Program-made: the position numbers and the translations under genes
The notes under the pieces: generated by a model
The model's input: only the letters and a program-made list of their open reading frames with translations
Databases searched by the model: none
Told to the model about the DNA's origin: nothing
In this document: in pieces, positions 29,009 to 38,766 of the stretch
How the letters are laid out: every line of letters begins with the position of its first letter
How positions within the stretch are numbered: the stretch's first letter is position 1
Assembly (NCBI GenBank): GCA_965243205.1
Contig: CBDEUK010000001.1
Location: 128,001 to 192,000 of the forward strand
Direction of reading: 5' to 3'
From: Gammaproteobacteria bacterium
Lineage (GTDB): Bacteria > Pseudomonadota > Gammaproteobacteria > Eutrophobiales > Eutrophobiaceae
DNA: 64,000 bases

Positions 29009-29791
29009 ATGGCTGAATTTACCTTACCTAAAAATTCAAAAATTCAAACGGGTAAAACCGTCAACGCTGCTAACGGCGCTAGCAAGAAAAAAACCTTTCG
29101 CATCTATCGATGGGATCCAGACTCAGGTGAAAACCCAAGAGTTGATAGTTATGAAATTGATCTCAGTAAATGCGGACCTATGGTTTTAGATGCCATCATA
29201 TATATTAAAAATGAATTGGATTCTTCTTTAACCTTTCGTCGTTCGTGTCGTGAAGGTATCTGCGGTTCGTGTGCTATGAACATTGATGGCACAAACACCT
29301 TAGCTTGTACTAAAGATATTTCTGAAATTAATGGCGATGTAAAAATTTACCCATTGCCGCATATGAAGGTCGTCAAAGATTTGGTTCCAGATATGAATCA
29401 CTTCTATGCGCAATACGCATCCATCAAACCTTGGCTAGAGTCTCAAACACCGCCGCCACCTGATCGTGAACGTTTACAATCGAAAGAAGAACGCGAACAA
29501 TTGGATGGCCTGTACGAATGCATTCTTTGTGCTTGTTGTTCAACCAGTTGTCCAAGCTATTGGTGGAACAGTGATCGCTACTTAGGACCGGCTATTTTAT
29601 TACAAGCCTATAGATGGATTGCTGATAGTCGTGATGAGAATACTGGTGAACGATTGGATGATTTGGAAGATCCATTCCGCTTATATCGTTGCCATACCAT
29701 TATGAACTGTACTAATACTTGTCCGAAAGGTTTAAATCCTGCGAAAGCGATCGCTGAAATCAAGAAATTAATGGTTCAGAGAACCGTCTAA
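29009..29791 (+). CDS. sdhB: Succinate dehydrogenase iron-sulfur subunit
   Basis: [22 protein letters not shown] and [12 protein letters not shown] motifs. Confidence 0.98.
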   Translation: MAEFTLPKNSKIQTGKTVNAANGASKKKTFRIYRWDPDSGENPRVDSYEIDLSKCGPMVLDAIIYIKNELDSSLTFRRSCREGICGSCAMNIDGTNTLACTKDISEINGDVKIYPLPHMKVVKDLVPDMNHFYAQYASIKPWLESQTPPPPDRERLQSKEEREQLDGLYECILCACCSTSCPSYWWNSDRYLGPAILLQAYRWIADSRDENTGERLDDLEDPFRLYRCHTIMNCTNTCPKGLNPAKAIAEIKKLMVQRTV

Positions 29792-29797
29792 ATAATT

Positions 29798-29818
29798 AGG
29801 GTTGGTGTATCCAACCCT
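29798..29818 (+). terminator. Hairpin after sdhB (terminator or RNA-stability element)
   Basis: AGGGTTGG-TGTAT-CCAACCCT, an 8-bp perfect stem with a weak U-tract. Confidence 0.5.
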
Positions 29819-29828
29819 GTTAACTCTT

Positions 29829-30089
29829 ATGAGTGTCCAAAAAAAACGCTTATTATGGTTATGCCGCAGGGGCATACGTGAGATGGATCTGTTATTTAAG
29901 CAATACATCGATGATAATTTTGATTCATTGAATCAAACACAACTTGAGATACTCGAAAGCTTCATGAATGAAGCCGACCTTGATATTATTGATTGGATCA
30001 TGGAACGTCGTGAAGTGACTAATCCTAGCTATCAATTGATCATTGATGAAATGAAAAATTTAAAATCCAAACATCCCCAAGAAAATTAA
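29829..30089 (+). CDS. sdhE: FAD assembly factor SdhE
   Basis: KKRLLWLCRRGIREMDLL signature. Likely start is the ATG at 29829. Confidence 0.92.
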   Translation: MSVQKKRLLWLCRRGIREMDLLFKQYIDDNFDSLNQTQLEILESFMNEADLDIIDWIMERREVTNPSYQLIIDEMKNLKSKHPQEN

Positions 30090-30096
30090 TTATTTT

Positions 30097-31011
30097 ATGA
30101 GTGATAACTTACATTTTGATTTATCACACTTCAGTGTTATCCAAATTTCAGGCAATGATGCGACTGAGTTTTTACAAAATCAATTAATCACAAATCTATC
30201 CGATTTAGAACACGCAGGTTGGTTATTAAGTGGCTGGTGTTTACCGAATGGTCGATTATTGGCTAACTTTATCTTATTTGAAAATCAAGATAGTTTCTTT
30301 TTGATCTTACCGTCAATGCTAAAGGAAAAGATTATAAAGCGACTTACAATGTTTGTACTGAGGTCTAAAGTCTCTATTGAAGATGTATCTGATAAGTACG
30401 CATTAATTGGCTTGGCTGGTGAAAATTCAAATAACCTTTTAAATCAAATTGATTCAACTTTTACACCTACAAAAAAACAGAATTTAAAAAGTTCTATCGT
30501 ATTACAAATGCCTGATGAAACACCTCGTTGGTTCATGATCATAAAAATTGATGAATTGAAATCCATTATGAATCAAATTTTGCTGGCATTTAAAGAAAGC
30601 GATCGAGCAAGCTGGAGTTTGCTGGATATTCAAGCTAGTTTACCTTGGATCACAGTAACAACAAGTGAACAATTCATTCCGCAAATGTTGAATTTGGATC
30701 AAACTGGTGGTTTAAGCTATGAAAAAGGATGCTACCCAGGACAAGAAATCATTGCTCGATTACATTATCGTGGTGAAGTAAAAAAACGTTTATTTATTGG
30801 AGAAGGAGAATCTGAAATCACTCCTGGACCTGCTGATCAAATAGAGAATACTGAGTCAAAAAAATTAGTCGGTGATATCATTGACGCTGAAACAGTTGAT
30901 GGCAAACGATTTCAATTTTTAGCCGTCGTTGAACTAAATGCATCAGAGAACGTTCAAATACGTGGTGAGGAAAAAATAGCTGTTAGCGTTCAAACACTAG
31001 CTGATTCATAA
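30097..31011 (+). CDS. ygfZ: Folate-binding Fe-S cluster repair protein YgfZ
   Basis: DATEFLQNQ, FIPQMLN and KGCYPGQEIIAR motifs. Confidence 0.93.
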   Translation: MSDNLHFDLSHFSVIQISGNDATEFLQNQLITNLSDLEHAGWLLSGWCLPNGRLLANFILFENQDSFFLILPSMLKEKIIKRLTMFVLRSKVSIEDVSDKYALIGLAGENSNNLLNQIDSTFTPTKKQNLKSSIVLQMPDETPRWFMIIKIDELKSIMNQILLAFKESDRASWSLLDIQASLPWITVTTSEQFIPQMLNLDQTGGLSYEKGCYPGQEIIARLHYRGEVKKRLFIGEGESEITPGPADQIENTESKKLVGDIIDAETVDGKRFQFLAVVELNASENVQIRGEEKIAVSVQTLADS

Positions 31012-31064
31012 TTGATTAATAAAATACCATTACACTAATAACAAAATAGACTATCTAAAACACC

Positions 31065-31562
31065 ATGTTTTCAAGTAGAACTTTATTCACATATATTTAT
31101 GTTGCCTGTTTCGGGTTATTAGTATTCGGGCTTTATTTACAGCATTTTCAAGGTCTAGAACCTTGCCCACTCTGCATCTTTCAACGTATTGCCTATATCG
31201 CAGTCGGAATAGTTGCTTTTATAGCCGCAATTCACGGACCAAAGAAAATTTTCTCTATCATCTATTTCAGTATTATTGATCTTTTCGCTCTTTGCGGAGC
31301 AGTTATCGCAGGCCGACAAGTCTGGCTTCAACATTTACCTGAAGATAAAGTCCCAGCATGCGGTCCAGGTTTAGAGTACATGATGGATGTGTTTCCATTC
31401 ATGGAAATGTTAAGCATGGTATTTCAAGGTTCAGGCGAATGTGCTGAAGTACAATGGACTTTTTTAGGTTTCAGTATTGCTGAATGGAGTTTATTAATGT
31501 TTGTTCTTATTATCCTCACTTGCACTATTGGCACCATAATGAATTTAAAAAAGAGTGCTTAA
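31065..31562 (+). CDS. dsbB: Disulfide bond formation protein B
   Basis: LEPCPLCIFQR, VPACGPGL and GSGECA motifs, with 4 TM helices. Confidence 0.93.
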   Translation: MFSSRTLFTYIYVACFGLLVFGLYLQHFQGLEPCPLCIFQRIAYIAVGIVAFIAAIHGPKKIFSIIYFSIIDLFALCGAVIAGRQVWLQHLPEDKVPACGPGLEYMMDVFPFMEMLSMVFQGSGECAEVQWTFLGFSIAEWSLLMFVLIILTCTIGTIMNLKKSA

Positions 31563-31708
31563 TAGCAATCAATATTGAATGCGTTGTATTTCAATAGTTT
31601 ACTTACAATAATTTAATATTTTTCACCTTCTTAAATTGAAACTTACATAGTAAAGTCAATTCAAATCGAATTTATTATTTGATTAAATAAATTCTTAAAG
31701 GGGGAAAA

Positions 31709-32452
31709 ATGAAGAGCTTTAATTTATTAGTAGTCTTGATAATACTCACTATCTCTTCACTTAATACATCAGCAGCAACATATAATCTAACTTTCAAAGG
31801 TTTCTGGAATCCAGATCAGGTACCCCAAGGGACTTTTCCATCTGGGGCCCATTTTACTAATTTAGTAGGAGCATCTCATGTTCCAGGAAATCCTCTTTGG
31901 TATCCAGGACAAATAGCAACTCTCGGTATAGAAAATGTTGCTGAAAGAGGGAAATATGATGAACTAGAAAATGAAGTAATCAATTTACAAAATTCTGGAT
32001 TAGCAGGTGACTTCATTAATACAAATGGGTTTCCGTTTTCAAGAACAAATCCTAGCACACCAGATAACTTTCGATTTTCAATAACAACATTTACAGCCAC
32101 CGATCAATTCTCAGAAATTTCACTGATATCAATGATTGCGCCTAGCCCAGATTGGTTTGTTGGAGTATCAGGTTTATCGCTCAAAGATGAAAATGGATGG
32201 ATAGATAATTTGATTGTTGATTTAGTGGCTTGGGATGCAGGTACTGAAAACGGAGATTTTTTTGATTTGTTTAACATCGCGACTTCTCCTCAACAAGTGA
32301 TCCGCCGAAGACTTACACCTTTTATTGATGACCCAGTAATAGGCCAAATAGAATTACAACTGGTATCTATACCTACAACACCCGTTCCACTACCACCAGC
32401 ATTATGGTTATTATTATCTGGTTTCTTCTTTATCAAAAAAAAACATACATAG
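31709..32452 (+). CDS. Spondin_N-domain protein with VPLPA-CTERM-type sorting signal
   Basis: Signal peptide; HFTNLVGASH, GIENVAERG, SMIAPSPDWFVGV and WDAGTE motifs; ends PVPLPPALWLLLSGFFFIKKKHT. Confidence 0.85.
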   Translation: MKSFNLLVVLIILTISSLNTSAATYNLTFKGFWNPDQVPQGTFPSGAHFTNLVGASHVPGNPLWYPGQIATLGIENVAERGKYDELENEVINLQNSGLAGDFINTNGFPFSRTNPSTPDNFRFSITTFTATDQFSEISLISMIAPSPDWFVGVSGLSLKDENGWIDNLIVDLVAWDAGTENGDFFDLFNIATSPQQVIRRRLTPFIDDPVIGQIELQLVSIPTTPVPLPPALWLLLSGFFFIKKKHT

Positions 32453-32472
32453 AATATATAATCTAAATTATT

Positions 32473-32510
32473 AATACTATCAGTACCATTATTATGCTAC
32501 TGATAGTATT
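32473..32510. repeat. Perfect 13-bp inverted repeat (terminator or operator)
   Basis: AATACTATCAGTA, 12-nt spacer, TACTGATAGTATT, between the spondin gene and the TIGR01244 gene. Confidence 0.7.
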
Positions 32511-32544
32511 CTATTAATAATTACTCAAAATATTATTAGATGAT

Positions 32545-32952
32545 ATGGAAATAAAAAAACTTAGCAATGAATACTTTGTAAGCCCGCAAATTACTGTGGA
32601 TGATCTTGAGGCTTTAAAAGAAATTGGTATCAAATCTATTATATGTAATCGACCTGATGGTGAAGCAGAGACTCAACCGTCTTACAGAGAAATAGAAACA
32701 AAAGCTGCAGAATTTGGCATCGAGTTCAGTTATATCCCTGTGCTTAAAGCACCTGCCACAGATATTGAAGTAAACAGTTTTTCCGAAATATTTTCAGATT
32801 TACCTAAACCTGCATTGGCCTATTGTCGCAGCGGTATGCGTTCTACAACTATATGGGCTATAGATAACCCCTCTAAACTTTCAGTTTCTGAAATTTTACA
32901 AACAGCATCGAATGCAGGTTACGATTTAACAGAGCATTTATCAAAAAAATAG
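32545..32952 (+). CDS. TIGR01244/DUF442-family sulfurtransferase-like protein
   Basis: VSPQI, IICNRPDGE and YCRSGMRS (CX5R) motifs. Confidence 0.88.
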   Translation: MEIKKLSNEYFVSPQITVDDLEALKEIGIKSIICNRPDGEAETQPSYREIETKAAEFGIEFSYIPVLKAPATDIEVNSFSEIFSDLPKPALAYCRSGMRSTTIWAIDNPSKLSVSEILQTASNAGYDLTEHLSKK

Positions 32953-32953
32953 T

Positions 32954-33970
32954 TTATCGAATATGTAGAGTACTCTTAATTTGTTTATTTTTTACTAATT
33001 CGATTTTACGCCATGAACTTTCATCATTAAGATTTTGCCAACGACGTTCTTCTTTTAAATAATTCCAATCTTTATCATTTTGATAAAATACTTGTACATT
33101 ATCTGATTCAATAATATTTAAGATCTCATTGTCATGATAATTATACTCGTCAAAATCAGTTAAGGCTTTTTGAGCCATCTCTGAGTAAAGCTCACTAATA
33201 TCCAAAAGACATTTATTAATCTCATCATCTAATATTTTTATATTGAGACCAATTCGAGCTGCTTCATGAGCAGTAATAGGGTAACTATGTGATGGGTAGT
33301 CAGAATTCAAATGAGTACTGATTTCAATACATTTATCTTCGTCCTCAATATGATAAGACAAAATCTCTTTGCAGACTTTAATCGACAACGAGCTTGAACG
33401 ATCAATTGCTCCAATCACTAAAGGATGAACATACTTAAAAATTTCTTCATACGGATTACCATGATGCTCTTTAGAAGTACCATTCCATAACTTAATTAAA
33501 CGTGATAATTCATCCTGACTAACATTTACTCTGCGATTACTGGTTTCGTCGATAGGTGATAAATCATGTCTTAACGATGAATCGATTGCCGTAAGATACG
33601 CCAAAGGTCCCATATGAATTTCATTTGCCCCTAGACAAATCATCGTTGCAGCTGAAGCACATTCAAGAGGAATGTAAGCAACTAAGTCTTTAAATTTTTC
33701 ACGCAGTAAATTAACAATCCTTAGTGCAGCTTCTAAATCTCCACCATTCGATTTTATAAAAATGCCTCCGCGTTCTGTATCATTCGTTTTTTCTAATAGC
33801 TCATAAAGTGCGACAACATCATTATCGCAAACACTGCCACGGTGAGATGTCCAATAACAAATGAATTTACGATTTGTTAATTGATTTAATCTTTGAATAA
33901 TATCCTGAGTTTGAGAAAAGAGAATTGGAGGTTCTTTTACAGCATTTTTTTTATCACTTCCTAATAACAT
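32954..33970 (-). CDS. SDH-family Clp-fold serine proteinase
   Basis: SNGGD, CASAATMICLGANEIHMG...LTAID and SHSYPI motifs supply the Ser-Asp-His triad. Confidence 0.8.
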   Translation of the reverse strand: MLLGSDKKNAVKEPPILFSQTQDIIQRLNQLTNRKFICYWTSHRGSVCDNDVVALYELLEKTNDTERGGIFIKSNGGDLEAALRIVNLLREKFKDLVAYIPLECASAATMICLGANEIHMGPLAYLTAIDSSLRHDLSPIDETSNRRVNVSQDELSRLIKLWNGTSKEHHGNPYEEIFKYVHPLVIGAIDRSSSLSIKVCKEILSYHIEDEDKCIEISTHLNSDYPSHSYPITAHEAARIGLNIKILDDEINKCLLDISELYSEMAQKALTDFDEYNYHDNEILNIIESDNVQVFYQNDKDWNYLKEERRWQNLNDESSWRKIELVKNKQIKSTLHIR

Positions 33971-33993
33971 TTGCTTATCCTATCGTATAATTA

Positions 33994-35361
33994 TTAAAAA
34001 CCACCCATGCCTGGCGGTAACTTTCCACTCATACCTCGCATCATATTCATGATGCCGCCCTTCTTAGACATCTTTTTCATCATCTTTTGCATTTGTTTAA
34101 ATTGCTTTAACAAACGATTCACATCTTGAATTTGTGTACCCGAACCATTGGCAATACGTCGTTTACGTGAACCATTGATCACATCTGGATTTTCCCTTTC
34201 CTTCGGGGTCATTGAATCAATAATCGCTGCCAGTTGCCCCATTTGATTATTATTCTGAACTTGATTCAAAGCCTCTTGAGGTATTCCTGGCATACCAGGA
34301 AGCTTATCCATTAAGCCCGTAATACCCCCCATATTATTCATTTGAGTTATTTGATCGCGAAAGTCGGCAAGGTTAAATCCTTTACCCTTCTTAATTTTTT
34401 TAGCGAGTTTTTCCGCTTTCTTCTTATCAGTTTTTTGTTCGACCTCTTCGATCAAACTCAACATGTCACCCATGCCAAGAATACGCGAAGCGATACGTTC
34501 AGGATGGAAAGTGCTTAACTCACTACTCTTCTCACCTGTACCTAAAAACTTAATCGGTTTACCAGTAACATGCCTAACCGATAACGCTGCACCACCTCTG
34601 GCATCACCATCCGTCTTGGTTAAAATCACACCCGTAAGATCCAAAGCATCGTTAAATGCTTTAGCTGCATGGACAGCGTCCTGGCCTGTCATACTATCAA
34701 TGGTGAATAGGGTCTCAGCCGGATTTAAAACTTTGTGTAATGACTGAATCTCTTGCATCATGTCTTCGTCGACATGTAATCGACCAGCAGTATCGACAAT
34801 TAATACATCCATGAATTGTTTGGCTGCTTTATCTTTGGCTTGTAGAGCTATATCGTTTGGTTTTTGGTTAGGCTCACTTGGGAAGAATTCAACTCCCACT
34901 TCACCGGCAACAGTTTTCAATTGCTCAATAGCTGCAGGACGATAAACATCACAGCTCACTACCATGACTTTTTTCTTATGTTGTTCCTTAAGTAGGCGTG
35001 AAAGCTTGCCAACTGAGGTTGTTTTACCGGCCCCTTGTAAACCAGCCATCATAATCACTGCTGGTGGCTGTGCATTCAGGTTCAATGGAACGGCTTCGGT
35101 ACCCATCAATTTGGTGAGTTCGTCATTGACGATTTTAACCACCATCTGTCCAGGATTCAGGCTCTCACTAACATCAGTCCCTAATGCGCGTTGTTTCACT
35201 TGCTCGATGAAATCCTTCACGACAGGAAGCGCTACATCCGCTTCTAATAAGGCCATACGTACCTCACGCAAGGTAGCCGACATATTTTCTTCAGTCAGCC
35301 TGGCTTGGCCACGTAATTCTTTGATAACACCACTAAGGCGGTTACTTAATTGGTCAAACAT
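33994..35361 (-). CDS. ffh: Signal recognition particle protein
   Basis: ALLEADV, GLQGAGKTT, DTAGR, TKTDGDARGG motifs and a Met-rich M domain. Likely start is the ATG at 35361. Confidence 0.98.
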   Translation of the reverse strand: MFDQLSNRLSGVIKELRGQARLTEENMSATLREVRMALLEADVALPVVKDFIEQVKQRALGTDVSESLNPGQMVVKIVNDELTKLMGTEAVPLNLNAQPPAVIMMAGLQGAGKTTSVGKLSRLLKEQHKKKVMVVSCDVYRPAAIEQLKTVAGEVGVEFFPSEPNQKPNDIALQAKDKAAKQFMDVLIVDTAGRLHVDEDMMQEIQSLHKVLNPAETLFTIDSMTGQDAVHAAKAFNDALDLTGVILTKTDGDARGGAALSVRHVTGKPIKFLGTGEKSSELSTFHPERIASRILGMGDMLSLIEEVEQKTDKKKAEKLAKKIKKGKGFNLADFRDQITQMNNMGGITGLMDKLPGMPGIPQEALNQVQNNNQMGQLAAIIDSMTPKERENPDVINGSRKRRIANGSGTQIQDVNRLLKQFKQMQKMMKKMSKKGGIMNMMRGMSGKLPPGMGGF

Positions 35362-35460
35362 ATTCAAAAAACGTCATTTACATTTAAAATACTAGTTTAA
35401 CAGATTTCAATATCGCGGACTTCACTTCAATGCATATTGAAAATATGTCATTATTATTTA

Positions 35461-36264
35461 ATGAACTCTTTCGGCATAATCACCATCATTTTTTATATTG
35501 CTGCTACTTTTTTTTTGGTTCCTAACCTACAAAATCACGATAGTGGCAATAAATTTCAAAAACTTGCTGTGATTTTGTTTTTCATTGCTCTATGCCTACA
35601 TTCGTACTTGTTATTTTCCGTACTGAATATTTCGGATAATTTAAAACTAGGTTTCTTCAATTCAATATCCCTGACTGTTTGGATAATTCTGGCCATTATT
35701 TTAATCGGTTCCTTCTTTAGGCCGGTACTTAACATCAGCATCATCATGATGCCTATAGCAGCACTCTCAATATTCCTAGCATTACGTTATCCAAGCCATT
35801 TTGAAATAGGTTCTAATTACAGCTTAGGCTTGGAATTACATATCGCCATGTCATTGATTGCCTATAGCCTACTTTCTTTAGCTGCGCTCCAAGCTTGTTT
35901 ATTAGCCTTTCAAGACCGCCAGATTCGTAATAAACAACCTTCATTAATATTAAACACCTTGCCGCCTTTGCAAGTAATGGAAGATTTATTAGTTCAAGTG
36001 ATCGCTTTGGGCTTTTTTATCTTGAGTCTGAGCTTAATTTCTGGCGTGATGTTTATAGAAAACCTATTTGCTCAACATCTAGTCCATAAAGTGTCATTTT
36101 CGGTTGCTGCTTGGTTGATATTTGCCACTGTCTTATATGGTCGTTGGCAGAATGGTTGGCGTGGTCAAACCCTTTTCCGTTGGACGATTACAGGGGCCAT
36201 AACACTTTTATTAGCTTATTTTGGCTCTAAATTTGTGCTGGAATTGCTACTGGAACGCGTTTAA
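35461..36264 (+). CDS. YpjD/CcsA-family cytochrome c assembly-type membrane protein
   Basis: LPPLQVME, HKVSFS, GWRG and LAYFGSKFVLE motifs. Divergent from ffh as usual. Confidence 0.88.
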   Translation: MNSFGIITIIFYIAATFFLVPNLQNHDSGNKFQKLAVILFFIALCLHSYLLFSVLNISDNLKLGFFNSISLTVWIILAIILIGSFFRPVLNISIIMMPIAALSIFLALRYPSHFEIGSNYSLGLELHIAMSLIAYSLLSLAALQACLLAFQDRQIRNKQPSLILNTLPPLQVMEDLLVQVIALGFFILSLSLISGVMFIENLFAQHLVHKVSFSVAAWLIFATVLYGRWQNGWRGQTLFRWTITGAITLLLAYFGSKFVLELLLERV

Positions 36265-36351
36265 ATCTTATTTTTAGTAGCAAAAGCTTGACAGCACCCC
36301 CACTAAAAAGGCGAAAATAGTCGTCCATTTTAGCTTGAGGTCAGAACCTCT

Positions 36352-37638
36352 TTGGACGAAATACCGATTTGGGCCCTACTCAGTGGCCTATTCACCCTAT
36401 TAATTCTTTCAGCATTTTTCTCTAGTTCCGAAACCGCTATGATGGCGCTGAACCGTTATCGACTGCGACATTTAGTCGATAGCAATCATCGTGGAGCAAA
36501 ATTAGCCGATAAGCTTCTCTCTAAACCCGATCGACTCATCAGTTTAATATTATTATGTAATAACTTAGTCAATTTCATGGCCGCATCAATTGCCACCATT
36601 ATTGGGATGCGTTTATTAGGTGATCTAGGGGTAGCCCTGTCACCCATCGTCCTCGTGGTGGTATTTTTAATTTTTGCTGAAGTCGCGCCGAAAACCTACG
36701 CCGCTTTACACCCAGAACGTATTGCCTTCCCTGCAGCCTATGTATTAAAAGTTCTAGAGCAAGTTCTCAGACCCTTTGTCTGGTCACTAAACCTGATAAC
36801 CAATGGGCTACTAAAATATTTTGGCGTCAACTCCATCGATTCTGAAGAAACCCCGTTAAGCATGGAAGAATTACGCACCGTCGTACATGAAGCAAGCCCT
36901 TTGATTCCGAGCCGTCATAAACGCATGTTACTGAGTATTCTGGACTTAGAGCACATCACGGTAAACGATATTATGATCCCAAGTAACGAGGTATTGGGCA
37001 TCAATATTGAAGATTCAACAGAAAGCATTTTTCGAAAAATTTCTGAAGCGGACCATTCACAAATACCACTTTATCGTAACAATCTCGATAATGTTATTGG
37101 TATCATTTATGTAAAAGACACTATTCCAATTCTCAAAGACCAAAATGAATTCAACCCAGAAGACTTGGTCTCCATCGCCCGTGAAGTGTATTTTGTACCT
37201 GAAGGGACACCGCTTCATATTCAATTGCTTAATTTTCAACGCTTTAGTCGACGGGTAGGCTTAGTCGTTGATGAATATGGTCAAATTCAAGGCTTAGTTA
37301 CTTTATCAGATATATTGGAAGAAATTGTCGGTGACTTCTCAAATAACCTGCCCATCGATGAAGATTTAATTCAATCGAATTCTGATGGAAGTTTTATCAT
37401 TGATGGTTCTGCTGCTATTCGTGATATCAACCGTCAACTGGAATGGCAACTACCAGAAGATGGCCCTAAAACCTTGAATGGTCTAATTTTAGAACAATTA
37501 GAAGATATCCCGGAAATTGGCACCAGCTTTAAAATCGATAATTATACTTTAGAAATTATTCAATCAGCCGATAACTCAGTGAAGACAGCTAAAATTACTC
37601 AATCTACTGAGTTATTGGCTGTAGGCACCAATAGTTAA
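36352..37638 (+). CDS. HlyC/CorC (CNNM + CBS) transporter, YfjD/CorB-like
   Basis: SAFFSSSETA, FAEVAPK, VVDEYG, DILEEIVG and PKTLNG motifs. Confidence 0.92.
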   Translation: MDEIPIWALLSGLFTLLILSAFFSSSETAMMALNRYRLRHLVDSNHRGAKLADKLLSKPDRLISLILLCNNLVNFMAASIATIIGMRLLGDLGVALSPIVLVVVFLIFAEVAPKTYAALHPERIAFPAAYVLKVLEQVLRPFVWSLNLITNGLLKYFGVNSIDSEETPLSMEELRTVVHEASPLIPSRHKRMLLSILDLEHITVNDIMIPSNEVLGINIEDSTESIFRKISEADHSQIPLYRNNLDNVIGIIYVKDTIPILKDQNEFNPEDLVSIAREVYFVPEGTPLHIQLLNFQRFSRRVGLVVDEYGQIQGLVTLSDILEEIVGDFSNNLPIDEDLIQSNSDGSFIIDGSAAIRDINRQLEWQLPEDGPKTLNGLILEQLEDIPEIGTSFKIDNYTLEIIQSADNSVKTAKITQSTELLAVGTNS

Positions 37639-37680
37639 TGCGAATAGAGGAAGCCATACTGTTTTTAATAGGCTGAGAAT

Positions 37681-38043
37681 ATGCATCAAGAAAAAAGACA
37701 ATTTCACCGTATCACATTTGAAGCTCCTGTGTACTTACACTGGGAAAATCGTAACTGGCCAAGCACACTAGTGGATATTTCACTCAATGGTTTATTGATC
37801 GAAAAACCCGATGACTGGCGAGATGATATGTATGGTGAATTCTTTGATATTGAAATCATATTAGAAGACACCTCAAAAAAAATTCGTATGAACGCTCATG
37901 TAGCCCATGAACATGAAGCGCGCATTGGTTTTCAATGCGATTATATCGACCTCGAAAGCATGACCACACTAAAACGCTTAGTCGAATTTAACTCAGAATC
38001 TGAAGATCTACTTGAACGAGAATTAGATCGTTTGATTGCGTAA
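37681..38043 (+). CDS. PilZ-domain c-di-GMP receptor
   Basis: RQFHR (RxxxR) and DISLNG (DxSxxG) motifs. Confidence 0.88.
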   Translation: MHQEKRQFHRITFEAPVYLHWENRNWPSTLVDISLNGLLIEKPDDWRDDMYGEFFDIEIILEDTSKKIRMNAHVAHEHEARIGFQCDYIDLESMTTLKRLVEFNSESEDLLERELDRLIA

Positions 38044-38093
38044 ACTATCTTTATTAATATTCTGTTTAAATAGGGTATGTTAGTCTATATAAC

Positions 38094-38732
38094 ATGCTAT
38101 CGATATTAACCATCATATCCCTTTTCTTTATTTGGTTAATTGTTCGTCAAGTTTATGATTTTTTGTATAAACCTGGCCGTTTTCATTCTTCTGACTATAC
38201 TTATTTATTCATAATAGTTGCTTTCGCAATCGCTACTGCATGGTTACCCATAAAATATTGGCAGTTAGAAAAATCCTTATCAGAAAAGTCATCCATACTC
38301 GCAGGCAAACCTGCAAAAGTACATTGCAATTCCTTATTCGACTCTATCTTTGATAATCAATTAAATGTCATCGGTCATGCTAACTTTGAAACTGGTGATA
38401 TCGTATTTCAGTTTGGATGGTGTAGAAACATGCTTAAATATCTAGATCATCCTAATGATTTAACAGAATTAGAATTAATGAGCTTAGCATTATTTACTCA
38501 TGAGGCTATGCATGTACGCGGTGAACGTAATGAACAAAAAACCGAATGCCAAGCTATTCAACGAAATTACCAAGCAGCAAAATTATTAGGCGTACAGGAA
38601 CATATTGCTCAGAAAAATGCCGTTGATTATTATAAAAATATTTACCCAAGACATCCTTACTTTAGTCCGCGCTGTGCTCCTGGAAAAGAGTACGATGAAA
38701 AATTAGATGATTCTAGTTGGAATTTTTTATAA
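38094..38732 (+). CDS. Membrane-anchored hypothetical protein with HExxH motif
   Basis: Two N-terminal TM helices; FTHEAMHVRGERNEQKTEC. Confidence 0.65.
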   Translation: MLSILTIISLFFIWLIVRQVYDFLYKPGRFHSSDYTYLFIIVAFAIATAWLPIKYWQLEKSLSEKSSILAGKPAKVHCNSLFDSIFDNQLNVIGHANFETGDIVFQFGWCRNMLKYLDHPNDLTELELMSLALFTHEAMHVRGERNEQKTECQAIQRNYQAAKLLGVQEHIAQKNAVDYYKNIYPRHPYFSPRCAPGKEYDEKLDDSSWNFL

Positions 38733-38766
38733 TAATTATAATGTCTAATAAAGAGTAATCAACTAA

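Noticed and set aside
25548-30089. CptA-CptB toxin-antitoxin pair (ygfX/sdhE)
   Set aside because: The genes are separated and on opposite strands, and SdhE is an established SDH flavinylation factor.
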